Assembly: GCA_036736205.1 (NCBI GenBank)
Contig: DAINMX010000002.1
Span: 6,001 to 70,000 of the forward strand
Direction: 5' to 3'
Length of the DNA stretch: 64,000 nucleotides
Origin: Myxococcota bacterium
GTDB taxonomy: Bacteria; Myxococcota; XYA12-FULL-58-9
Shown here: positions 37,094-45,493 of the stretch, one piece after another
How the letters are laid out: each line of letters starts with the position of its first letter
Position numbering within the stretch: position 1 is the first letter of the stretch
Notes under the pieces: generated by a model
The model's database searches: none
What the model was told of the DNA's origin: nothing
The model's input: only the letters and a program-made list of their open reading frames with translations
Made by a program: the position numbers and the translations under genes

Positions 37094-38422
37094 CTACAGG
37101 AGGTTTGCCGCGAGCTCCGCCAGATCTGAACGTTCGCCCTTCATCAGGGTGATGTGCCCGGCAATCCGTTCCGACTTGAAGTGGTTGACGATGTGGACCA
37201 AACCATTGTTGGTGGAGTCGACGTAGGGATTGTCAATTTGGTACGGGTCGCCCGTGAGAATAAATTTCGTGTTGTCGCCCGCTCGCGAGATAATCGTTTT
37301 GACCTCGTGAGGCGTCAGGTTCTGTGCCTCATCCACAATGATCACCTGGTTGGGAATGCTGCGGCCACGGATGTAGGTGAGTGGCTCAATCTCCAAGATG
37401 CCCATGTCCATGAGTTCCTGGTAGCTGCGACCGCGGCGACGCTCCGAGCGGGAGGCACCCATCAAGAGCTCGACATTGTCGAAGATCGGCTGCATCCAGG
37501 GCATCATCTTCTCCTCAATATCGCCGGGTAGGTAACCAATGTCGCGACCGAGTGGGAAAATGGGCCGTGAAATGAGCAGCCGCTGATAGATGCTCTCTTC
37601 GGTAACCTTGTGCAAGCCTGCGGCGATTGCGAGCAAGGTCTTGCCTGTGCCCGCTTTGCCCACCAAGGTCACCAGCTTGATGTTGTCATTCATCAAGACG
37701 TCAATGGCAAAGCACTGCTCGCGATTGCGTGGACGAATTCCCCAAACGGCTTCCTTGACCTGAATTAACGGCTCAACTGTCTCCGCATCAAGATTGAGCT
37801 TGCCGAGCGCGGTGTGCGCCGGGTTTGCGATGTCTTTGAGAAATGCAAACTGGTTCGGGTAGTAGTAGGGGTCGGGCAACGAGAGCCTGCCGTCCCGATA
37901 AAACTTATCGATGCTTTCGCCGGGCAGCTCAATCTCTGCTACGCCCGAATACAACTCACTGATGTCTGTACGTTCCGAGTCAAAGTCTTCAACCCTGAGT
38001 CCCAAGGCGTCAGCACGAATGCGAAGGTTCACGTCTTTGGTGACGAAGGTCACCTCGCGCCCATCGCTGAGCTCAGCGCAATTCAGAGCGGTGGCGACGA
38101 TCTTATTGTCCGCCGCATCACCATAGCAAAACTCCGGTGGAAGATCGCGATTGGTGATCGCGACCCTCACCGTGCCGCCACCGTTGGTCGCTACACCACG
38201 GGTGAGACTGCCATCGACACGCAATCCGTCGAGAATACGGGCGGCTTCGCGCGCATTGCGGCCGAGTTCGGAGAGGTCCTTTTTGAAGTGGTCAATTTCC
38301 TCGATGACGTAGATGGGTATGACGACCTCGTTGTCCTCAAAGGCAAACAACGAATTGGGGTCGTGGAGAATCACGTTGGTATCGAGAACGAAGATCTTCT
38401 TCGATTCGGCTGATTCAACCAT
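37094..38422 (-). CDS. PhoH2: N-terminal PIN-domain nuclease fused to PhoH-like P-loop ATPase
   Basis: 442 aa. PIN N-terminus IFVLDTNVILHDPNSL...IPIYVIEEIDHFKKD. PhoH Walker A LVTLVGKAGTGKTLLAIAAGL and downstream PhoH motifs. Its start abuts the stop of the GGDEF gene. Confidence 0.85.
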   Translation of the reverse strand: MVESAESKKIFVLDTNVILHDPNSLFAFEDNEVVIPIYVIEEIDHFKKDLSELGRNAREAARILDGLRVDGSLTRGVATNGGGTVRVAITNRDLPPEFCYGDAADNKIVATALNCAELSDGREVTFVTKDVNLRIRADALGLRVEDFDSERTDISELYSGVAEIELPGESIDKFYRDGRLSLPDPYYYPNQFAFLKDIANPAHTALGKLNLDAETVEPLIQVKEAVWGIRPRNREQCFAIDVLMNDNIKLVTLVGKAGTGKTLLAIAAGLHKVTEESIYQRLLISRPIFPLGRDIGYLPGDIEEKMMPWMQPIFDNVELLMGASRSERRRGRSYQELMDMGILEIEPLTYIRGRSIPNQVIIVDEAQNLTPHEVKTIISRAGDNTKFILTGDPYQIDNPYVDSTNNGLVHIVNHFKSERIAGHITLMKGERSDLAELAANLL

Positions 38423-40648
38423 TCACTGGCCTCCCGCAATTTTTGCTCTTGGCGCACCCGACATCACTGTTTGATTCCTTCCCGAGCTCTTTGCTTTGTA
38501 CAACGCCTGATCGGCACACTCAGTGATCTTGGCCTTGTTCGGTCCATCTGCTGGGAATGTCGCGATCCCAAGTGACAACGTACACCGGAACGTGCCGTGC
38601 TCGCACCGGAAAACTTCAGCTTCGACCGATTGTCGAATCCGCTCGGCGATCTGCAATGCTCCACGTGATCCCGTCTCTTCCATCAAGACTGCGAATTCCT
38701 CGCCACCATAACGGGCGGCAATATCGGTGCGTCTAGCGCTCTCAGCGATAATCGCAGAAATGCGTTTCAGGACGACATCGCCGACGGGGTGGCCGTAGGT
38801 ATCGTTGACTGATTTGAAATGGTCAATGTCAGTCAAAATCAATGATACCTGACGGGTGTATCGCTCGGCCCGCAACATCACTCCATCGAAAAGGTGTTGG
38901 AAATGCCGATGGTTGATGAGCCCGCTCAATCCATCTGTGGTCGCCATGCGCTCGACCCGTTCATTCATTTGCGCGTTGGCAATGGCGATGGCAGCGTGAT
39001 CTGCAATGACTCGTAGCATATCGAGAAGGTCGGCGGTCAGAAAGCTGGCATGCGCGCTGCCGAGGACCAATGCACCCACGCCTCGGTCCTTCCACCACAG
39101 CGGCAGAACCTTGACCGCCTCTACATTCACATCGAGGTCGGGAGCAAACACCGGTTGCGATGACGCCCGGACTGTACCGTGGGGCAATGGGTGCTTGGCC
39201 TTGATGGCTGCGCCGACCAATCCACTCTCGGCGTGAAACTTCACCCCCAGCAGCTTTTTGATCTCTGGATGCCCTTCCCACTCCGCAGCTTTGATGTAGA
39301 GGATACCTTCCTCTTCGGTGGCCACGGCCACCGCCGCAAGCTCAGAATTGGCGACGCGACGGGCGGCCTTGATGGCAACCTCAGCAACCTGATCGATGGT
39401 CCGTGCTGTGTTGAAATCGCGACTCGCCTGATAGAATCGCTCTTTTTGATACTTCTCCCGATCCATCTCGGAAAAAATGCGCTCGACCTGCACCGCTCGA
39501 GTGATCTCCTCAGCGATCGTGCACATCACCGCCACATCGGAGTCGTCGAAGGCCACCCCCTCTTTGCGGTCGGCTATGAGTACCCCGCGCAGATTCTTTC
39601 CTTCGAGGACTGGCACGCCGACAAAATCCGTGATGGGCTCGCTCTTTGAATAGTAGACCAATCCGGAATGCCCAGGCTTCAAGTTGGTCAACAGTAACGG
39701 CTCACCACGTTTGGTGATCGCCCCAAGAAGTCCCTCACCCGCAGCAATCGGTTTTTCGACGATGGCATCCGACTGAGAGCGGAGCTCTTTGACCCGCATA
39801 TGACGATCGCTACTGTCCAACCACAACAGCGCCACTGTGAATGGCTTCAACGCCCGCTCCGCAACTTCCAGAACGTTGTACAGAGAATCGTGGATCGCTT
39901 GCACCGATCCCACCGTACGACGACGCAGCAACTCCTCAGGTGAGAGATCGCGACTCTCGAGGCTCAGTCCAGAGGTCAGACGAAAGTCGGTGGCCTCGGC
40001 AGAGATCTCACTCAACCGAGCATCGATCTCTGTGCGCAATCGACGACGCCCCTGGGAAATCTCGGTGCGTAGAAACAAGGCGTAGAGAAAACCAAACAGG
40101 AGATTAAATGATGTATGGGATGCAAATAGACGCCAGCCATTGGGTTGCGGTTGAAGATACCAGGTCGCCGCCTCCACCCCGAGAATGAGAAGCATGAAGT
40201 AGACGCTCTGCCCCCACCCATGGAACGCCACGAGAAAAGCGACCAACGCAAAGATGAGCGGATAGAGCAACCCGGAGGGTCCGCCGGTAATCTCGATAAC
40301 CACAAAGGCCGCAGACACAAACAACGTCCCGAGCTCGAGATTCGCCCAAACTGCAGACTTAGGCTGGACTTGGTTACGCTGCAAACGCTCGAACAGGCGG
40401 GCGAGCAGGAGCACTGCAAGTCCCGCAAGGGCCAACAGTTGTGGTGTGCCGGTGCGGCCCGGATCCCGAAAAACTCCGTAAGCACACAATGCCAGCGCCG
40501 AGAAACCGATACCGAACCCCGCCACTGCACGCACGGCGCCTAGCACCCCAACACCAATCCACCGCATCAATGCGCGTGTTTGCTCCTGCCCAGAAAGACG
40601 AGACCTGCGTCCGCCTGCCGAACCTGCAGTTGAAGTCCGATGAGCCAC
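38423..40648 (-). CDS. Membrane-anchored diguanylate cyclase: N-terminal multi-TM region, GAF domains, C-terminal GGDEF (GGEEF) domain
   Basis: 741 aa. RYGGEEFAVLM with upstream DIDHFKSVNDTYGHPVGDVVL (GGDEF A-site context). The N-terminal 200 aa are hydrophobic. Confidence 0.85.
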   Translation of the reverse strand: MAHRTSTAGSAGGRRSRLSGQEQTRALMRWIGVGVLGAVRAVAGFGIGFSALALCAYGVFRDPGRTGTPQLLALAGLAVLLLARLFERLQRNQVQPKSAVWANLELGTLFVSAAFVVIEITGGPSGLLYPLIFALVAFLVAFHGWGQSVYFMLLILGVEAATWYLQPQPNGWRLFASHTSFNLLFGFLYALFLRTEISQGRRRLRTEIDARLSEISAEATDFRLTSGLSLESRDLSPEELLRRRTVGSVQAIHDSLYNVLEVAERALKPFTVALLWLDSSDRHMRVKELRSQSDAIVEKPIAAGEGLLGAITKRGEPLLLTNLKPGHSGLVYYSKSEPITDFVGVPVLEGKNLRGVLIADRKEGVAFDDSDVAVMCTIAEEITRAVQVERIFSEMDREKYQKERFYQASRDFNTARTIDQVAEVAIKAARRVANSELAAVAVATEEEGILYIKAAEWEGHPEIKKLLGVKFHAESGLVGAAIKAKHPLPHGTVRASSQPVFAPDLDVNVEAVKVLPLWWKDRGVGALVLGSAHASFLTADLLDMLRVIADHAAIAIANAQMNERVERMATTDGLSGLINHRHFQHLFDGVMLRAERYTRQVSLILTDIDHFKSVNDTYGHPVGDVVLKRISAIIAESARRTDIAARYGGEEFAVLMEETGSRGALQIAERIRQSVEAEVFRCEHGTFRCTLSLGIATFPADGPNKAKITECADQALYKAKSSGRNQTVMSGAPRAKIAGGQ

Positions 40649-40719
40649 CTGTCATTCATGCACCACGGATCCACCGAGAGCAAGAGGCATCTCCAGCTCG
40701 CTGGAGATCTGCGTAATGT

Positions 40720-43700
40720 TCAATCGAGCGCTTCGAGGTTCTTCTGTAGCACCGCGAGTTGCGACTGCTGCTCCGTGATTCTTTGTCGCTCGAGGTCGAC
40801 TATTTCCTTGGGGGCATTGTCAACAAACTTGGGGTTCTCGAGCTTCTTCTGGCTGACGATGAGCTGCTTATCAAGCTTCGCGATCTGTTTGGTGAGCCGC
40901 TCCCTTTCCTTTACCGGATCGAGCACGTCGCCCAGGAAGATTTCGAGCTCACCGTTTACCTGGGCCGCAGCGTTGTTCGGCGTCACGACATCTTCACCCA
41001 TCTCCAGACTTGCGAGTCGCGCCTGGTCGATGATGAGGTGGCGGTGTCGCTCCAACGTCTCGAGGGCAACACCGGCCGCCTTGATCACCGCCGGCAGTTC
41101 CTTGCGTGGCGGAATATCATGGCGAGAGCGCAGTTCACGCAATCGACTGATGACCGTTTGAATCTCAGTGATCTCGGCCTCCAGCGCGTTATCCTGCCAG
41201 TCTGCGTGTTGTTTTGGCCACAGCGCATTGATGCACAATTCCGAGCTCGGCAGTTCTCCGGTAATGCCGCGTCTTGGCACCTGTTCATTGAGATAGGACC
41301 AAAGAGCTTCGGTGATAAAAGGGACAAACGGATGCAACAGTCGCAGGATCTGGTCGAGAGCGACGGAGAGAACCTGCCGCGCTATCGGTGCCTGAGCATC
41401 ATCACGCATGCGCGGCTTGATGAACTCGAGATACCAGTCGCACAGCTCACCCCAAAAGAACTCGCGAGCAGCGCCGATGGCAGCCGAGGGGCGATAGCTC
41501 TCGAGATGACCCGTCACCTCGCCGATTGTGCGAGTCAGGCGTGAAAGAATCCAGCGATCCTCGCCAGCAAGCTCTGTCCAGTCGAGCGGCTGATATTCAT
41601 GCTCACCTAAGTTCATCAAGGCAAAGCGGGCCGCGTTCCACAACTTGTTGCAGAAATTCTTACCAACTTCGAAACGGTCGGAGATCACCTTGGCCGGTGG
41701 CACGGTTGCCATGGTACCGAGCACGTCGAACTCGGCTTTGCACGATGTACAGAGGTAAGTGTAAATGGTGCTGCCGTGCTTGGCGTCAGTGAGCTCGACC
41801 TGTTCATTGCAGGTTGGGCACGTGGCCTGCACCGGCAGGCGCACATCCTGCATACCGGTCTCCATGTCGCAGATGAGGTAGCGCATGGCGTCGGCACCGT
41901 AGCGTTCGATGATGTCGACGGGATCGATACCGTTGCCCTTGGTCTTCGACATGGTGACACCGCGCCCGTCAAGAATTTTGGCGTGCACAAAGCAGTCAGT
42001 AAATGGCACCTCGCCGTGATTGTAGAGCCCAGCAATCAACATCCGCGCCACCCACAACGTGATGATGTCGCGGGCAGTGACCAAGCACGAGCCTGGATAA
42101 TAATAGGAGAACGCATCGGGGATATCGCCGTCAGTCCCTAAAGGACTTTGGCCCTCCCCTATCGGCGCGGTCTCGGGGTTTGGCCAACCGAGAGTCGAGG
42201 ACGGCCACAGGGCGCTCGAGAACCAGGTGTCGAGAACGTCGGGGTCGTGCACGAGGCCCGCCTTCTCCAAGGCGGCTGCATGTTTCGCGTCACACTCGAG
42301 ATTTCGCGAGCAGGCCTGCACTTCCAATGAAACTGCGCCGTTCTTAGCTAGCTGAAGGGCCTGAGCTGACTCGTATTGGTTGCCGTCGGAGTCCGCGACC
42401 CACACCCAAAGGTCGTCGTCGTTCGGCATCGCTGCGAGCATCGTCTCCAGCGCTGCCATGTTGGCAGGCTCTGCGGTCCAAACGGGAATACGGTGTCCCC
42501 ACCACAGTTGCCGGCTGATGCACCAGTCCCGTTTTTCTGCCAACCAGTTGACGTAACCCATGCGGTAGCGCGCCGGATGAAAGGTCAGGCGTCTACCGCT
42601 CCTGGTGCTCCAGTCGTCTTTCACCGCATCAATGGCCGCCTGCGCCAAACCGGGGGATGTCATCTCATTGGCAGTGCCCTTGGCCAGCACGACGCCGCCC
42701 TCGACATCGCCCATGCGCACGAACCATTGCTTGGACAGATAGGGCTCAATCGCGGTCTTGGAGCGATCGGAGTAACCAATCTCGACATCCCGGTCTTCGA
42801 CTGCCTCGAGGAGCCTTTGCACGTCGAGATCGGCGACAACCTTTGCACGCGCTGCGAATCTATCCATACCCGCGTAGGGGCCTGCGTTATCGTTGAGCTC
42901 GCCGTTTGATTTCAAAATGTTGATGACACCTATGTCGGGGTGGCGCCCCCAAACATCGTAGTCGTTGGGGTCGTGGGCTGGGGTGATCTTCACGCAACCT
43001 GAGCCGAGCGCAGGCTTCGCCCACTCGTCCAAAATGAGCGGCATCTCCCGACCGAGCAATGGCAGACGCACCTTTCGGCCCGCCCGCGCCATGTCACGCA
43101 GTTGCTCGAGCTTGGGCAACATTGATTTCTGTCTCTCTTGTAGCTGCCCGACCTCCGCCGCGATGGCGTCTCTGTCCTTGGCTGACGCTTGCGCGAGCTT
43201 CTCTTCTTGCTCGGCAATCGTCGCATTGAGAGCGCCCTTGGGATCGGGGTGACAAGCGACGGCTGTGTCACCCAGCATGGTCTCGGGACGCGTGGTCGCA
43301 ACGATCACATACTCGGGCTCTCCCGGCTCGGGATCGATGATGGGATAACGTAAATGCCAGAAGTGCCCTTTGGTGGTCTCGTGGTAGACCTCGTCGTCGG
43401 CGACCGCCGTCTGCAACTGGCAATCCCAGTTGACCAAGCGATCACCGCGATAGATGAGCCGGTCTCGAAACAGCCGGAAAAACAACTCGCGAACAGCGGC
43501 GCTGCACACTGCGTCCATGGTGAAACGCTGGCGCTTCCAATCGCAGGAGCATCCCATCTCCTGTTGCTGGCGAACGATGCGTGCTTGGTACTCGTCCTTC
43601 CAGTGCCAGATCCGCTCGACCAGAGCCTCCCGGCCAATGTCGTGCCGCGTCTTGCCTTCGAGCTCGAACAGCCTTTTCTCGACAACGGCCTGTGTTGCAA

Positions 43701-43962
43701 TGCCGGCATGATCCGTACCCGGTTGCCATAGGGTGTTGTGCCCTTGCATCCGATGCCATCGAACCAGAAGATCCTGCATGACATTGTCCATGGCATGCCC
43801 CATATGCAGCGCCCCAGTTACATTGGGCAGCGGCATCATGATGACGTAGCGCTCCTTCCGCTCGTCGGGCACAGCGGCAAAGGCGTTGGCGTCTATCCAG
43901 CGCTGCACCACAATAGGTTGGATTTCCTTGGGATCGTAGGTCTTGGAGAGCTCTCTGGTCAT
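40720..43962 (-). CDS. valS: Valyl-tRNA synthetase
   Basis: 1080 aa. HIGH-region PNVTGALHMGHA, KMSKS (KMSKTKGNGIDP), and a C-terminal coiled coil typical of ValS. Confidence 0.95.
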   Translation of the reverse strand: MTRELSKTYDPKEIQPIVVQRWIDANAFAAVPDERKERYVIMMPLPNVTGALHMGHAMDNVMQDLLVRWHRMQGHNTLWQPGTDHAGIATQAVVEKRLFELEGKTRHDIGREALVERIWHWKDEYQARIVRQQQEMGCSCDWKRQRFTMDAVCSAAVRELFFRLFRDRLIYRGDRLVNWDCQLQTAVADDEVYHETTKGHFWHLRYPIIDPEPGEPEYVIVATTRPETMLGDTAVACHPDPKGALNATIAEQEEKLAQASAKDRDAIAAEVGQLQERQKSMLPKLEQLRDMARAGRKVRLPLLGREMPLILDEWAKPALGSGCVKITPAHDPNDYDVWGRHPDIGVINILKSNGELNDNAGPYAGMDRFAARAKVVADLDVQRLLEAVEDRDVEIGYSDRSKTAIEPYLSKQWFVRMGDVEGGVVLAKGTANEMTSPGLAQAAIDAVKDDWSTRSGRRLTFHPARYRMGYVNWLAEKRDWCISRQLWWGHRIPVWTAEPANMAALETMLAAMPNDDDLWVWVADSDGNQYESAQALQLAKNGAVSLEVQACSRNLECDAKHAAALEKAGLVHDPDVLDTWFSSALWPSSTLGWPNPETAPIGEGQSPLGTDGDIPDAFSYYYPGSCLVTARDIITLWVARMLIAGLYNHGEVPFTDCFVHAKILDGRGVTMSKTKGNGIDPVDIIERYGADAMRYLICDMETGMQDVRLPVQATCPTCNEQVELTDAKHGSTIYTYLCTSCKAEFDVLGTMATVPPAKVISDRFEVGKNFCNKLWNAARFALMNLGEHEYQPLDWTELAGEDRWILSRLTRTIGEVTGHLESYRPSAAIGAAREFFWGELCDWYLEFIKPRMRDDAQAPIARQVLSVALDQILRLLHPFVPFITEALWSYLNEQVPRRGITGELPSSELCINALWPKQHADWQDNALEAEITEIQTVISRLRELRSRHDIPPRKELPAVIKAAGVALETLERHRHLIIDQARLASLEMGEDVVTPNNAAAQVNGELEIFLGDVLDPVKERERLTKQIAKLDKQLIVSQKKLENPKFVDNAPKEIVDLERQRITEQQSQLAVLQKNLEALD

Positions 43963-44076
43963 GACGGCGCTACTTAGCCTCTAGGCCGGCACTTTTCAAA
44001 CAGACAATGTGCAACTCGACGATTCGCTTCTTGGGAACGGGCGACAGCCGCCGTCCCCTAAGCTATAAGCCTTCCC

Positions 44077-45264
44077 ATGGTCGAAAAAAAGCACATCATC
44101 CTCGGAGTTTCCGGAAGCATCGCCGCTTACAAGGCCGTTTACCTCACTCGACTGTTCGTCGAAGCGAGGGCGCACGTGTGGCCCATGCTCACCGCGGCGG
44201 GGGCACGCTTTGTCGGCCCCCTCACCTTCTCGGCTCTCACCGGCAATCGAGCGGTGACCGATATGTGGTCGGCATCTGAGGCAGGTGAAATCAATCATGT
44301 CGAGCTCGCACACCGGGCCGACCTCTTGGTGCTCGCTCCAGCCACCGCGGACCTGCTCGCGCGCTTGGCTCTCGGCCGTGCCGACGATCCACTCGCCGCC
44401 GTCGCGCTTTCGACTCAAGCGCCGTGGTTGGTCGCGCCGGCTATGGAAAGCGGCATGTGGAACAATCCGGCTACACAGAAGAATGTCGAGACACTGCGCG
44501 AGCGTGGTGCCCAGTTCGTCATGCCCACGGCGGGACGCCTCGCCTCGGGCGCAACCGGTGTCGGGCGGATGGCCGAACCCGAGGACATTTTCGAGGCTGC
44601 ACTGGGTCGACTCACGTCCCAAGATCTGCACGGCAAAAAGGTCGTCGTCACCGCCGGCCCCACCCGCGAGTACTTTGACCCTGTGCGTTTCATCAGCAAC
44701 CCTTCATCGGGGAAAATGGGGTTCGCTGTGGCGCGGGTGGCACGACGGCGCGGTGCAGAGGTTGTGTTGATCACGGGACCGAGTAACCTCGTTCCTCCCC
44801 CAGATGTTCACGTCGATCGCATTGAGACAACTGCCGAGCTTCTCACCGCTTGCCAAAACGCCCTCCAAGATGCGGATATCTTAGTCATGGCTGCAGCGCC
44901 GGGAGATTTCTCCCCAGCTTCCAGGCAAACGACAAAGAGTAAAAAACCGACAGCAGCTTTTCAGGCCGCACTCGAGCCCACTGTTGACGTTCTCAAGACC
45001 CTCGCCCCCCGCAAGGCTGGCTGCTTCGTTGTGGGTTTCGCCGCAGAGACCCATGACGTCAATGAAAGGGCCAAAGCCAAACTGGAGGCCAAAGACCTCG
45101 ACCTTGTTGTTGCGAATGACATCACGCTACCCGACGCCGGGTTCGGCACCGACACCAATGTCGTCACCATCATCTCACGCGATGGCTCGGCCGCCCGTTT
45201 GCCTGCGCTTTCGAAGGTGGCAGTGGCTGAGGAAATCCTCGATCGCGTCGTCACCGCGTTGTGA
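44077..45264 (+). CDS. coaBC: Bifunctional phosphopantothenoylcysteine decarboxylase / phosphopantothenate-cysteine ligase (Dfp)
   Basis: 395 aa. N-terminal flavoprotein motif ILGVSGSIAAYKA and C-terminal CoaB motifs (GPTREYFDPVRFISNPSSGKMG). Both halves are present. Confidence 0.9.
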   Translation: MVEKKHIILGVSGSIAAYKAVYLTRLFVEARAHVWPMLTAAGARFVGPLTFSALTGNRAVTDMWSASEAGEINHVELAHRADLLVLAPATADLLARLALGRADDPLAAVALSTQAPWLVAPAMESGMWNNPATQKNVETLRERGAQFVMPTAGRLASGATGVGRMAEPEDIFEAALGRLTSQDLHGKKVVVTAGPTREYFDPVRFISNPSSGKMGFAVARVARRRGAEVVLITGPSNLVPPPDVHVDRIETTAELLTACQNALQDADILVMAAAPGDFSPASRQTTKSKKPTAAFQAALEPTVDVLKTLAPRKAGCFVVGFAAETHDVNERAKAKLEAKDLDLVVANDITLPDAGFGTDTNVVTIISRDGSAARLPALSKVAVAEEILDRVVTAL

Positions 45265-45361
45265 CGTTGCCACATAGATCGCAAAGAACGGCACACGGGT
45301 GACGGTGGTCCCATCGAGGTTGTCGTGTCCCTCGGGTTGGCATGGCAGGATTCAAAACCGG

Positions 45362-45419
45362 CCTCAGGTGTGCGTTTCAGGATAACTCGGTAGCGACGTC
45401 GTTGGCGAACCTGAGGTTT
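45362..45419 (+). terminator. Long imperfect hairpin (CCTCAGGT ...39 nt... ACCTGAGG) followed by TTT, about 100 nt downstream of coaBC; candidate terminator or small structured RNA
   Basis: 8-bp perfect inverted repeat enclosing a 39-nt segment, then tttg. It sits in an unusually AT-rich 230-nt intergenic region. Structure not verified. Confidence 0.25.
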
Positions 45420-45493
45420 GCAAATACTTGGGCCGGATTCTATGATTCGCATATTGTTAGTGTGTCTTTGATGATTTATGGTCGGCACCAGTA

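Noticed and set aside
45290-45420. tRNA or tmRNA in the AT-rich spacer after coaBC
   Set aside because: No acceptor-stem/T-loop (GTTCRANYC) architecture could be found by eye, only a single long hairpin. Elsewhere in the window no T-loop-like strings were seen. A tRNAscan/Infernal run would be needed to be certain.
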